Source: the human T2T-CHM13v2.0 reference genome, Homo sapiens
Direction: 5' to 3' (one strand)
Assembly: GCF_009914755.1 (NCBI RefSeq)
Contig: NC_060925.1
DNA: 64,000 bases
A program made the translations under genes and the position numbers. Under the pieces are notes generated by a model. The model was not told the DNA's origin, ran no database searches, and was given only the letters and a program-made list of their open reading frames with translations. Of the stretch, positions 1 to 21,559 are shown in pieces (position 1 is the stretch's first letter; each line of letters starts with the position of its first letter).

Positions 1-553
1 GGCCACCAAGAAGACCAAGGCAGGATTAGAGGGTTAGAGCTTTCACTGCTCCCTCCACCATTGGGCCAATCACCAATGGCCAATGATTTGAGCAGTCGTG
101 CAAGTGTAACGAACCTGCATAAAAATCCTAAAGCTTCTGGGCTGGTGAACAGGTGTCGGTGCTGGGCGGGGAGCTCTGAGACCCCCTCCCCACACCTTCC
201 TCTGTGCGTCTCTTCCATTTGGCTGTGCCTGTGTTGAATCCTTAGCGATGAACCAGTAATGCTAAGTAAAGGGCTTTCTCTTTCTGTGAGACATTCTAAC
301 GAATCATTGAACCTGAGCAGGGGTTTATGGGAGCCCCCGATTTCCAGTCAGTCGGTCAGAAGTGCAGGTGGCCTGGGACTTTTGACCAGTGTCTGGACTG
401 AGGGTGGTCTCGTAGGACCGAGCCCATCACCTGTGAAGTCTGCTGCTAACCCTGGGAAGTTAGTGTCAGGACTGAGTTGCAAAGTTGGAGACGCAGTTGC
501 TACATGGGAAAATAAACCACACTTTGCTGTCAGAGGCAGTGTGAGTAAAAACA
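1..553 (+). mobile_element. MER21-family LTR (ERVL), truncated by the window start
   Basis: Resembles recalled MER21B/C consensus: AAGACCAAGGCAGGATTAGAGGGTT, ATCACCAATGGCCAATGATTT, GTCGGTCAGAAG and TTAGTGTCAG. Confidence 0.75.
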
Positions 554-672
554 ATTCAACTGGCAATTGTATTCTTATATTTCTTCTGTTTTAATAATTT
601 ATCATTTGTTTCATGTGATAAAACAAATGATAAATTATTTGTAATTTATTATATATAATTAATTATTACTCA

Positions 673-1191
<519 letters not shown>

Positions 1192-2269
1192 TCATGCTGG
1201 TGTGAATACGAAACTCGGGATACTTAAGGAACTTGCCCCAAATCATGTAGGAAATGGTAGCACTGAGATGAAAACCCAGGTCCCTGATTGCTTATCTGTG
1301 TTCTTGGCACATATTGCTGCTCAGAAGAGCAGTGGACCAGAGGAAAGCCTGGGCCTTTTGGGAGATAAGAATTTTCCAGTGATACTTTGTATCATTACCT
1401 GTGCCATACAAATTATAGACTGGTATTTTCAACCCTAAAAACACCCTCCCCTGACTCCACATCCTCCTGGGCCTAGAGAGTGAGGACCTTCCAGAGATCC
1501 TCACTCTGGAAGCAGTGTTGCTCACTGGGGCAACAATGATGGGAGTTGTCTGTGGATGGGCTTGAGAACAGCCTTACAGAAATGGGCACACCCAGTGTGG
1601 TTGGTGAGAAATGGACACGTGGTCCCAACACCCCTAGAGGGACGCCCAAGTGACTTTAAGGGCTAGGGACCCGAAAAAGCCTCAGATTTGGTCAGCGAGG
1701 ACAAAGAGCGTAACCTTTGACAACTGGAGGCCCCAGTGGATTCTCGGACATCATCACAGGGGCCACAGAGGTGGAGGGCCATGCTCTGGACCTCGTGGGA
1801 CAGGTCAGTCTTACCAGAGGAAAGAAGATTTTGGACCACTGTGTTCATCTCTGTCCAAGACGCCAAATCCACCTCCCTGAATCGGAATTCCACCCAGGAT
1901 AAGGAAAGAAGGAGGAGGTGAGAGCGGAAAACCCCAAAGTGACCAGAGGCCCTGGTTACACAAAATTAGTGGAATGTAAACCAGTTGTCCAACTGACTGA
2001 TTATATAAGGTTTTCTGTTCCCAAAGGGTAATGGCAACAGAGTAATGAGTACAATTATAAAGAACTAGACATTACTATGTCAGCCAGGGTTCTCCAGAGA
2101 GACAGAACCAAGAGGATATATTTATTAGGAGATGTCTTCTGAGGAATTGGCTCATGTGATTGTAGGGGCTGTGTGGTCTGAAATCTGTGGGACAGGCCAG
2201 CAGGCTGGAAACTCAGGTAGGAGTTGATGCTGGGGGTTTTTCGTTTTGTTTGTTTAGTTTTGGTTTTGG

Positions 2270-2575
2270 TTTGGGGACTTTTGGAGACTGGGTCTCACTC
2301 CTGTCGCCCAGGCTAGAGTGCAGTGGGAGCAATCACAGCTCACTGCAGCCTTGACTTCCTGGGCTCAGGTGATTCTCCCACCTCAGCCTCCCGAGTAGCT
2401 GGGATTACAGGTGTGAGCCACCATGCTCGGCTATTTTTTTTTTTTTGTATTTTTAGTAGAGACAGACTTTTTCCATATTGCCCAGGCTGGTCTCAAAACT
2501 TCCGAGCTCAAGCAATCTTCCCTCCTCGGCCTCCCAAAGTGCAGGGATTACAGGCATGAGCCACTGTGCCTGTCC
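2270..2575 (-). mobile_element. Alu (J-like)
   Basis: Reverse-complement Alu dimer with a GT-rich decayed tail. Confidence 0.9.
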
Positions 2576-2599
2576 CGTTTGTTTTGGGTTTTTAATTGT

Positions 2600-2957
2600 G
2601 GTCTTAGTTCATCCAGACTGCTATAATAAAATACCATAAACTGCAAGGCTTATCAACAATGGGAATTTATTTCTTTCAGTTCTGGAGGCTGAGAAGTCCA
2701 AGGGCAAGGCAGATCTGGTGTCTGGGGAGGGCCCACGTTTGGCTCATGGGTGGCACCTTCTTGCTGCGTCCTCATACGGTAGATGGGCCAAATGTGCTCC
2801 CGTGGGTCTCTTTGATAAGACCACTGATCCTGTTCATGAGGCTCCACCCTCATGACGTAACCACCTCCCAAGGCCCCACCTCCTAAAACCATCCCCTTGG
2901 GGGTTGGGATTTCAACAGATGAATTTTGAAGAGGACACAAACATTCTGACCACAGCA
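2600..2957 (-). mobile_element. MLT1A-like MaLR solo LTR
   Basis: GTCTTAGTTCATCCAGACTGCTATAATAAAATACCATAAACTG...GGACACAAACATTCTGACCACAGCA. Confidence 0.8.
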
Positions 2958-3116
2958 GTGATAAAATATACATAATGTAAAATTTGCAGTTTTCATCATT
3001 TTTAAATCTAATGTTTAGAAGCATTAAGTGCATTCACGTTGCTGTGCAATCTTTGCTACCATCCATCTTCAGAACTTTTTCAGCTTCTCCAACTGTCCTG
3101 GCCCATGGTAATCATA
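2958..3116 (-). mobile_element. L1MB-like 3' end fragment
   Basis: AAAATATACATAATGTAAAATTT...GCATTAAGTGCATTCACGTTGCTGTGCAA...CCATCCATCTTCAGAACTTTTTCA is typical of an antisense L1MB 3' UTR. Confidence 0.7.
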
Positions 3117-3146
3117 GATGCTGCCGTCTAGAGGCAGTTTTTGCTC

Positions 3147-3758
<612 letters not shown>

Positions 3759-4267
3759 AGTTTTTGCTCTTAAGACCTCCCAACTCATTGCGCGAGGCCC
3801 ACCCACATTATTGAGGGTAATCTCCCATATTTCAAGCCAGTTGGTTATAGATGCAACCTACCTCCACCAAACACTTCAAAGCAACACTCGATTCATGTTT
3901 GATTCAATAACTGGGTACTACAGCTGGCCAGGCTGACACATAAAACTAACCACCCCAAAGACGTATTTTTTGCTCATCCAAGTTGGTGATTCTTTTAAAA
4001 TTCATACCTGATACAGAGGTATGTGTATAATCATCACACATTCCAACTCTTCTAACTTGAATCCAAGGTGGAGGCACTTACACTGCCATCTGAGGGGAAG
4101 CCCCCCATAATATTTGCCATTAGATCTCTGCCCCTCCCCTCTTACTTCCTCTGGGCCTGTGTTTTCTCCCCAGGCAGGAGAAAGAAGGAGCAGGCACCTA
4201 GGAACAGCCAGACCCACGTGCCCTTCCTTCTTCACCAGACCCAGGGCAATGCTCTATACATCTTGCT

Positions 4268-5830
<1,563 letters not shown>

Positions 5831-5899
5831 TCCTTTCATTAACCCAGGGCTTGCAACTATGGGTCTCGGCCTGCTTAAGAAAAAAAAAAAAACCCAAAG

Positions 5900-7790
5900 A
5901 GTTAAAAAATTGAGATATAATTCATATGTCATAGAATTCTCACTTTTTTTTTTGAGACAGGGTCTTGCTTGCTGCCCAGGCTGGAGTGCAGTGGTGCAAT
6001 CATAGCTCACTAAGCTTCAACCTCAAGAGATCCTCCCACCTCAGCCTCCCAGGTAGCTGGGACTACAGGCAAATGCCATGACACCTAGCTAATTTTTTTT
6101 TTTGGTGTTTTTTGTAGAGACGGGATTTTGCCATATTGCCCAGGCTGGTCTCAAACTCCTGGGTCAAGTGATTCTCCTGCCTTGGCTTCCCAAAGTGCTG
6201 AGATTATAAGCGTGAGCCACCATGCCCGGTCCACACTTTTACTCTATTTTGTTATGCTTTTGAAGTGTGTAATTTAGTGGCTTTTAGTGTATTCATGGAG
6301 CTGTGCAACCATCATCACTATCTAATTGCAGAACATTTCATCACCCCAGAAGGAAATGCTGTACCCACCAGCAGCCACCCTCCATATATATCCCAGCTAC
6401 TTGGGAGGCTGAGGCAGGAGAATCACTTGAACCCGGGAGGTGGAAATTGCAGTAAGTTAGAGGCACACAACTTATATCACAAGACTGTGGGAAGCTGCAG
6501 AGTCATTATTCGAGCAGCATTTATTATCATTATTTATTATTATCTTTATTGCTTATTATCATTATTATCATTATTCGAGCATGTACTTGTGCCCAACACT
6601 GTGCCAGGCACCGGAGGCACAATTGTGAGTGAGAAAGAAGTCACTCCGTGGAACTCAACAGGCTGCTGCAGCCTTAGCCGGCCCTTTGATTTTTTTCCCA
6701 TTTGAAAATGTTTACTTTTGTCATTGTAAGAAACAGCATATTTACATTGTAGGGAATTTAAAATATAATAGACACAAAGTTGCATTAACATTTCGGATTA
6801 TTGATATATATACTTAATTGCTTTCTACTCAGCGGATGTTAATCTATCTTCTTACCGACATATTACCTCTGCACAAACTCTGCATTTTCTTTGGTTTTTC
6901 AAGAAAAAGTTGGAATAATCTTTCAATTCGTGGCCCATATATATTATAGAGAACATGGAAATTGGTAATTAGAGAAGATGATCACAAGCAATTTCTCCTT
7001 TTACGATTGGTGATAACTTATTAATTGACTTCTAAACATCTTTGAGATATCATTCACGCACCAGAAACTTCACCATTTAAAGCATAAAACTCGGTGGTCT
7101 TCAGCATGTTCACAGAGTTGCGCAACTGTTATAACAAAAAGTTTAGATTTTTATTATCCCCAAGAGCAACCCCGGTATCCTTTAACAGTGACTCTCTATA
7201 ACCTCACCCCCACCCACCACACTAGCTTTATGCAACCGCTAACCTATTTTCTGCCTCTGTAGATCTGCATATTCTGGACATGTGGTATAAATGGAATTAT
7301 ATAATATGTAGTCTTTTTTTTTTTTTTTTTGAGACAGAGTCTCGCTCTGTCACCCAGGCTGGAGTGCATGGCGCGATCTTGGCTCACTGCAAGTTCTGCC
7401 TTCTGGGTTTATGCCATTCTCCTGCCTCAGCCTCCCGAGTAGCTGGGACTACTGGCACCCGCCACCACGCCCGGCTAATTTTTTTGTATTTTTTTTAGTA
7501 GAGATGGGGTTTCACTGTGTTAGCCAGGAAGGTCTCAATCTCCTGACCTAGTGATCCGCCTGCGTCAGCCTCCCAAAGTGCTGGGATTACAGGGGTGAGC
7601 CACCATGCCCGGCAATATGTACTGTTTTGTGACTGACTAATTTCACTCAGCATAATGTTTCAATGTTCATCCATGTGATAGCATGTGTCAGCATTGCGTT
7701 TTCTTGTTGAGTGATATTCCATTGTACAGATATGCTACACTTTGTCTATGTATTCATCAGTTCATAGACATTTGGATTGTTTCTACTTTT
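5900..7790 (-). mobile_element. L1MB-like fragments (~5900-6385, ~7030-7790) interrupted by AluJ (5944-6230), an Alu fragment (6391-6455) and an AluY-like copy (7314-7613)
   Basis: TTTAGTGTATTCATGGAGCTGTGCAACCATC and TTTCACTCAGCATAATGTTTCAATGTTCATCCATGT, plus Alu consensus matches. Confidence 0.7.
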
Positions 7791-7984
7791 TGTCAGCCAT
7801 TCCTTTGAATCCAGCGTCCATTCAACCACCCGGCTGGCCAAGCAGGCCCCGTCTTCCTCCAGCCTGGAGAGCTCCCTCCCTGGTGATGACGTTTGGGTGC
7901 TGTCGTTCCTAAACTGACAGCACCGCGTGTGATGGCATGGACCCTGTCGTAGTCATCAGAATTCTTTAACAAATTGTCATGGCC

Positions 7985-8555
<571 letters not shown>

Positions 8556-8684
8556 GGGCTCTTCTCTTTCTAAGTTTTCATAGAATCGTACTCCCCCATC
8601 CCCTTTATGGTTGGGGTGGCCATTTGACTTACTTTGACCAATGCAATCTGAGTGCAAGTGACGTCTGTCACTTGGGTGGAAGCT

Positions 8685-9060
8685 TGCTATGATTTGGCTC
8701 TGTGTCCCCACCCAAATCTCATCTCGAATCGTAATCCCCAGGTGTCAGGGGAGGGACCTGGTGGGAGGTGATTGGATCGTGGGGACTGTGTCCCCCATGC
8801 TGTTCTCATGGTAGTGAGGGAGTTCTCACGAGATCTGATGGTTTTATGATGGCAGTTCCCCTCCCCCGCCCCCCACGCTTTTCTCCCTCCTGCCACCTTG
8901 TGGAGAAGTTGCCTGCTTCCCCTTCAGCTTCCACCATGATTGTAAGTTTCCTGAGGCCTCCCCAGCCATGTGGAACTGTGAGTCAATTAAACCTCTGTCC
9001 TCTATAAATTACCCAGTCTCGGGCATTTTGTTAATAGCAGCATGAGAACAGACGAATACA
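8685..9060 (+). mobile_element. THE1D-like MaLR solo LTR, inserted in an older MLT1 fragment
   Basis: TG...CA termini, GGCTCTGTGTCCCCACCCAAATCTCATCTCGAA, and a perfect 5-bp TSD AAGCT (8680-8684 / 9061-9065). Confidence 0.9.
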
Positions 9061-10558
9061 AAGCTCTAAGAGCCAGCGTGCGTTTTGTCCTGTTTCTTCC
9101 CCATGCTGCAGTGGCTGTAGGAGTGTATGACAGATAGAGCCTCCCTCTGCCTGGATGACTCTGCCCATGAGAACCTTCTGGATCATACTGGACAGACCGT
9201 GTAGAGCTTGAAGGTTGTGTGGGCCCATGCCTGATCTAGCTTGTCTAACCGACAGTTCTATGGGAGTTCACTCAGCACAGGATCTGGAGTGGCTGCTGCA
9301 GGGGGTGGGGCTGACCCAGGACCTGAGGATGAGGGGACGGGGTAGGCACAGGGTGGAGGAAGGGTGGGGGCCAGAAACAATTAGAGTCAGGTACCTGCCA
9401 CCCCCTGGAAGACTTCAACTGAGATGGTTACTTGCAAAGACCACGATCCCACTCAGCTTTTCTTCCAGGGGTAAAACTGCTTCAAGAGTAACCATTACTC
9501 AATCTCCCTCTCCAGGGAGATATTCCATTATTGAGCATTTTATTATAGTTCTTGGGTGAATCTGGATTTCTCGCTCTGTGTCTTATGTTTCTTTGAAGTG
9601 AATCCAGCAGTAACATATCCCTGCTCTTTTTGGATCACACGATGATCCAATTCTGGTGCCCAAGTGAGAGAAAAGGAAAAAGACAGCTGGTGTGTTTTTG
9701 GCAGGACTCCAGTGTAGCAATGGCCAAGGCTTCTCAGAGGGAATTATGTTCTTGTCCAAAGAGCCACCTTTGAGAAGGGGGTGACGGTGTCACCCTGTCT
9801 ATCTTATGCACGTCCAAGTGCTCACCCATGAAGCTGGACTAGAGATTGAAAAGCACTCCACGCCTGGGCGTTGTGGCTTATGACTGTAATCCCAACACTC
9901 TGGGAGACTGAGGAGGGTGGATTACTTGAGTCCAGGAGTTTGAGACAAGCCTGGGAAAATGGTGAAACCCCATCTCTATTTAAATCATTATTTATATATA
10001 TAAAATAAAAAAGCACCCCACATCCCTTTATTGCTGGAGATCACACTGTTTTTGGTAACTTTCATTGTCTCACTCTTTAGAAGTAATGACATGAATCATT
10101 TTAGTGCCAGTGCGAGTTAATTTACCAGCGTGGTTTCAGCATTAAGGCATGGACTGAATTTCAGGAAAATGCTTGTGATTAGCATCGCTTATTGCTATTT
10201 TACTTGAAGCTAAAAGATAAATCAGAGAAACAATATCCCAGTAAGGGCCCCCAGCAGGCGGTCCATCCTGACGATGACAGAGGGGGAGGAGGAACAATGG
10301 CTACACTTTACTCTGAAGTGGCTACATCACCTTTTTCTGGGCCAAGAAGCCCAGGTGCAGATGTTTTCTCTGCAGGGAGTGTGCTGAGCTGGGTTTTGTG
10401 GGCTGCAAACTCCTATCAGAAGTTGATAAAGTTCTGGGCCATTGGTTCTTAGCTGATTGGAGAAGCATTTCATAAGCTTAGAGTGTGAAACACCTAGAGA
10501 TGAGTCATCCATATGGGCCAGTTCCCCTAAAAAAAAAAAAAAAGTCTCTACTGTTGTA

Positions 10559-10560
<2 letters not shown>

Positions 10561-10597
<37 letters not shown>
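10561..10597 (+). repeat. (CA)18 microsatellite
   Basis: Read directly from the sequence. Confidence 0.98.
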
Positions 10598-10599
<2 letters not shown>

Positions 10600-10636
10600 T
10601 AAACTTTATCAGGGTCTCAAGTAAGTGATGAAATCG

Positions 10637-10967
<331 letters not shown>

Positions 10968-11545
10968 TTACAACCAGAAAGTGAAATCTGACAGAAGGGA
11001 AGAACAGGACAGCCCTGGGAGCTTCTAGTCATTGGAAGAGACCGGGGCTGCATGCAGATGGGGACCCTGTTGACAGCAGCCCCTGCCTGCCATGCTGAGA
11101 CCCTGCGTGTGTGAGCATCCCCAGCTTGGTGGCTGAGCCATCTCCTTGTACCCCAACCACAACCTCCTCTGTGGCTCCAGTCACATCCTGTCCCTTCAGA
11201 AGGCCACTCACAGGACATGCCCTTCCTGTGGTGACTGGTCACCTTATTCATGAAGGAATGACTGAGGACATGACTGAGGTGTAGCAGAGTCAAGCTACAC
11301 CGTGAGTGTCTGTGGGCACTGCAATACCTTGGAGCTGCTGGACTCCTGAACATTGTCTAAATCATCTTTCGCAGCCATCCATCTTCTGCCACATGGATTC
11401 CAGTTTCCATTGTGAGAAAGGGGTTCAACGAGCCATGGCATTTTCCACCAGAGGGTCAGCATCTGGGCCTCTGTTATTTTTCCTTTTGAGGCCCAGTTTT
11501 CTTGAAAACGAATAAAACTTACAGCTCTTAAAAATACCTAGGATG

Positions 11546-12465
<920 letters not shown>

Positions 12466-12479
12466 TTAATCTAATTATC

Positions 12480-13160
12480 ATGTGAGATGAGTCAATGATC
12501 ATGAATTGTAGGGGTAAAGAAAATGAGTCACAATGAGACCATTGGTGATGGGTCAGAAGGGGCTCCCTGGTTTCACCCTCCACTGCCCTGGGGGGTCCAC
12601 GCTTCCCCTTGAGCTGTGGCTGGGTGATGCTGCCCTCAAAGGCCAGCTGTCATGGGCTTTCCCCACCCCGACCCTGAAATTTCCCCCATTTGTCTGAGCT
12701 ATGGCCACCTTACTGGCTCAGAAGTCAGGCTACAATACTGCAATGGAACCGGGTGATGAAGTGTCATAAATAGTTAATACAAATTCTGCCAACAAGTTTG
12801 GGGTTAATAGCCGATCTTAAAATGGGTAAGGGAAAGAAAGGGAGAGGGAGGGAAAAAGGAGAGGGAAGAGAGAGAGAGACAAAGAAAAAGAGAGAGATTT
12901 TCTGGCATTCATCCTAAGCATTTCAGCCGTAAACTGGTTTAGGCCAGTGAGACAGGATGTTCTGCAGAGCAAAGATCACGTGACCACACAGTGCGAACAA
13001 ACAGATGGTGTATCATTAACAAACTGCAACGCTGCATTTCCTAGTCTCTCCAGGGTGTCAGTGACCCAGGCAATTTAATTAAAAACATTAAAAAAAAAAA
13101 AAAAAGTGACAAGGGCCAAAGTTTCATCCTGTTTAAATTCAACTTCATCAAAAAAGTGGA
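12480..13160. promoter_or_regulatory. Candidate enhancer (unique sequence with a motif cluster)
   Basis: AP-1 TGAGTCA at 12488 and 12524, imperfect GRE/ARE GAGACAggaTGTTCT at 12949, TCACGTGA at 12976, and bHLH AACAGATGGT at 13000. Confidence 0.45.
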
Positions 13161-13844
13161 GGGGCTATCCCTTCCATGAAACGTCCACATATGAGCCCCT
13201 CAGGGAAGTGGCACCAACGTGTAGGTCAGTGGCACAGTCAGGCCTCTGGTCAGTGGCCATTGATCCAGAAATGCGGCCAGGGCATGGCCAGGGCAGGGGC
13301 AGCTCCAGGACAGAGACCAGCTCGCCTCCCATTAGCCTCCTGGGGAGACAGGACAGGTAAACAGCAGGGAGCTCAGGGGGTTTTATGGACCAGGCCGTGT
13401 ACACAGTTTGTCCCGAGTACAAACAAGCAGGTGGCCAGTCTCACCTTTGTTCTAAGAAGCGGGATCCAGGCAGGCCAGGAGGCCCAGAGGGTAGCTGTCA
13501 GGAGACACTGGGGCCCAACCAGGGCTTCCCACTGCAGGAGCGGGTCAGGAGCTTGGACACTCTCGGACACTCAGCACTGTCCTCGCTTGAACCTCCCCGG
13601 TAATGGCAGCATAAAGTGATGGTCAAGGGGCATCCGGTTGGGACTCAAGAAGCTTAATCCCAAATCCCTGCCCCACAGTCTACCAGTGACAGACACTGTG
13701 CTGAAGTCAGCCTCCACATGCTCACCTGTAGAATTGTGACAACATGGCAAGGGCAGGTGAAGGCCCCAGGATAGTGCCTGGCCATTGAGAGTGCTCTGTC
13801 GTGCAGGTGGGCATGGGCATGGGGCTGTCCAGAATTGAGCTGTT

Positions 13845-14444
<600 letters not shown>

Positions 14445-14551
14445 TAAAGACTCCTGTAATGGTGGCAAACTTGAGGCTCCTGGACATGGAAGGTGAAGAG
14501 GGCAAGAAAGCTGCAGGAGAAACCCTAGAGAGGTGGGACAGCTGGGGATCA

Positions 14552-14752
<201 letters not shown>

Positions 14753-15669
14753 TCATATAATCTTGGGCTTCCCAGCAGGTAAACAAAAGAATCCTAATTA
14801 ATCTCAAGTGCAGATCATAAGAATTTGGAGAAACTGTTTGCACTCCAACATCTATGGAGATCAGTAGCTTTCTAGATTACAAAAATTCTAAATAAAATGT
14901 AACTTGGATAAAACTTGATTTTTGCACAGTGATACACCTAAAAGAAGCACAACTCTGACTCAAAGGCTTTGATGACAAATATAGGCAGATCACATGGCGT
15001 ATCACATGCGATGAGCCATTCTCAAACATCTTTATCCCTCTCTCCTCTCAACATTTGTTCATCATTTGCTGATATTTATTGAGCACCCAATACATGCTCT
15101 GCTCTGGATGCCGGAGCAGCAAACAAGACCCTTTCAGTTCCTGCTCCACTACATTCTAGAGATGAAAGGCAGACTGGCAAATAGCTAGATCTTGCAGGGT
15201 ACAGTTACTTTAGACGAAAGGCAGAGGTATCTCTCCGTCGCTCAAAGTATGATCCGAATGACAGAAGAATCCAGCCACATAAAGATGTAAGATAGAGCCT
15301 TCTAGGCAGGGGCAACAGCTTGTGCAAAGGGCCTGAGGCGGAAATGAAATGAGCCTGGCATGTTTCTGGAGGGAAAGTCAATGTCTCTGGAGTAGGGGTA
15401 GCAAGAGGCGGGTGTCGGGAGGTCTGCAGGAGCCAGATAACAAGAAAAGGCCTGTCGAAGATCTAGTGTAGAATCATTGCGGACCCTACAGACGACGCAG
15501 CATTAAGGATCTATGCTGAAAGCACTCCCCTCCAGGTGAGCAGACCCAGGTGTGAAGAAAAAGCTTTGCTTGGCTGTGTATCCAGGCAAATGCTGGATGA
15601 AGACACTGATACGCTTGAAGTTACGATCAAATGTCCAGGGCTGTATCTTTCACTTTTTACTTTTAAAAA

Positions 15670-16845
<1,176 letters not shown>

Positions 16846-17105
16846 TACTGTTCTTAAATATTTTGTTGCAAATCACAACATTCACTAATTCCACACGCTT
16901 ATCAAAACTGGTAGTATTTTTTGAGCCAGTTCCATGCAAATGTCCTCATCCTGCACACATACGTGCACATACTCATATTAACAAACATAACTGAAAATTC
17001 AACCCCATAAACTTGGCATATAAATTTAGTTCAAGTACAACCAGAGGAAAAAAAAACAGATCTGATTTTTAGATATTCTGCTTAACCAATCATACAATTC
17101 AGTCA

Positions 17106-17406
<301 letters not shown>

Positions 17407-17989
17407 GAATTCAGTCAGAGTAGCATACATGTAGCAACCAACTACTGTACAAACTATACCAATACTTGGCTCTCTGAGAGATGCCAAAAAGCAGTATTTT
17501 GCCTGATCCATGTGCTCAACAAAGTTAATCTTGTTGGCAACATTAGGCCTCAATGCCAGAAACAAGAATGACGTCAGGGAGGCTAACAGCAAGTGCTTCC
17601 CAAGGGCCTCGCCCTGCCGAGCCTCTGTGTGCTTGCCAACACCAGGGGTGGTGTTCTATCTGGGATGTCTGCTGCCAGTTTGTCTGTAAAAATCTTCTCT
17701 CTCTTTCAAGTATCACTTCTTGCACGAATCTAAATTTTCCTTGTCCTTAGGTGACCACTTGCTTTCCAAGTTTTTAAAAATATATCTTCTGATATTTACA
17801 AAATATTGAATGTAACATATATGTTAATAATTAACTAACATCTGTTAATAAAAGTATAATAATAATAAATCCTTAAACCCAGCAAGCAAACCAATAGCTA
17901 GAACATCACTAATAACTTTATCTACCTATGGGACCCCTCCTTCTCCCTATCTACTTCCCCTCTAAGGGCAAGATGGTAACACCCTGTTC

Positions 17990-18695
<706 letters not shown>

Positions 18696-19005
18696 AAAAC
18701 CTTTGTGTTATCATGTTATAAAAAACCTTTGTGTTATCATTTTATTATGTTACATAATTTCTTTCCAAATGCTGTTTTTTATTAAGTATCATTTAGATAC
18801 AAAAAAATGCATAGATTTTAAGCATATAGTTTGATGAGTTTGGAAAAATGTTTACACCTATGGAACCACTACTCCATTGAAAATATGTATCAGCGGGGCG
18901 CGGTGGCTCGCACCTGTAATCCCAGCACTTTTCCCAGGCAGGCAGACCACGAGGTCAGGAGTTCGAGACCAGCCTGGCCAACATAGTAAAACCCTGTCTT
19001 TACTA

Positions 19006-19187
<182 letters not shown>

Positions 19188-20138
19188 TCAGGCTGGGTGC
19201 AGTGGCTCACACCTGTAATCCCAGCACTTTGGGGAGCCAAGGTGAAAGGATCACTTGAGCCCAGGAGTTCAAGACAGGCTGGGCAACACAGTGAAACTTC
19301 ATCTCTACTAAAAATTAAAAAAAAAAATTAGCCAGGCCTGGTGGTGCACACCTGTGGCCCCAGCTACCAAGAAGGCTGAAGTGGAAGGTTCACTTGAGCC
19401 TGGGAGATGGAGACTGCAGTGAGCCGTGACCATGCCTCTGCACTCACTCCAGCCTAGGTGACAAAGCAAGACCCTGTCAAAAAAAAAAATTTCCATCACC
19501 CCAGAAAGTCCTCTGTATCCCTGTCAATCAACACCCTCTCCTCTGCCAGAGGCAACCACCATTCTGCTTTCTGTCTCCATAAATTCGTTTTGCCTGTTTT
19601 AGAATTTCATATAAATGGAATCACACAATATTTACTGTTTTGTGTCTAGTTTTTGTTGTTTTTCACCATAACGTTTTTGAGATTCATCCATGTTATTGAG
19701 AATACCAACAGTTATTTCTTTCTGTTGTGGAGTAGTATTTTATTGTACACTTTATTTACTTGTTTATTTGCTGATGAGTATGTAGGTTGTTTTCAGTTTG
19801 AGGCTTTCTTTTTTTTTGAGACAAGGTCTTGCTCTGTCATCCAGGCTGGAGTGCAGTGGCGTGATCATGGCTCACTGCATACTACAGCCCTGACCTCTCA
19901 AGCAATCCTCCCAAGTTAGCCTCCCAAAGTGTTGGGATTACAGGTGTGCGCCACCATGCCTGGCCACAGGCTTTTAAGAATCATGTTACAGTGAATATCC
20001 TTTTTGTGAAAATCATTTTAAAAATAAGTGTAAGCCAGGCTCAGTGGCTCACGCCTGTAATCCCAGCACTTTGGGAGGCCGAGGCGGGCAGATCACAAGG
20101 TCAGGAGTTCGATACATAGTGAAACCTCATCTCTACTA

Positions 20139-20333
<195 letters not shown>

Positions 20334-20396
20334 TCACGCCTGTAATCCCAGCACTTAGGGAGGCCCAGGTGGGTGGATCACGAGGTCAGGAGTTCA

Positions 20397-20633
<237 letters not shown>

Positions 20634-21178
20634 TCAAATGCATGCTTGTTTATTACTTAGTTTTGCCTGGTTTTGAGCCCTGTGGAAATGGCATCATGTT
20701 GGCCTATTCTTCTAGGACTTTTCCCCCCCACTTTGCATTTTGTTTCCAGATTTAATCTATGTTATTACATGGCAGCTGATGTTTTAATGTGGCCCTTATA
20801 CGCAGCCATCTTTCTAAACTGTCTATTTTAAGTAATATATTTACATATTCTTTTGGTTTTATATAAAGAAAATCATATCATCTACAAATAACAACTGTCT
20901 TGTTTCTTCCTTTCTAATCTTTATGTTTTGAATTTATTTTTCTTATTATTATCTTGAATGCCAGTACATTTTGGGAACAGCAGCTATATAGTAGTATTCT
21001 TGTCTTGCATCCTAATCTTACAGGGAAACTTCAGATGTTTTAAAATTTATATTGTTGGCCAGGCGCAGTGGCTTACACCTGTAATCCCAGCACTTTGGGA
21101 GGCTGAGGCGAGCAGATCACCTGAGGGTCAGGAGTTGGAGACCAACCTGGCCAACATGGTGAAACCCCGTCTCTACTA

Positions 21179-21337
<159 letters not shown>

Positions 21338-21559
21338 TCAAAAAATAAATAAATAAATAATAAATTAATTAATCAATTAAAAGTTATATTGTTGTTTGTG
21401 TATATTCTCTTTATCTGGTTAAAGTTTTCTTTTAGTCTACTAAAGTTTTTTGTGGGTTTTTTAATTAAAATGAGTAGGAAATTTTATCAACACTTTTTCT
21501 GCATCCATTGAGATTATTAAATCTGTTGATTTATTGAATTTATTGACTTCTCAATCTAT

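Noticed and set aside
1430-2075. Possible retroviral internal or coding sequence
   Set aside because: No recognisable gag/pol motif and only short ORFs; left unassigned pending a Dfam search.
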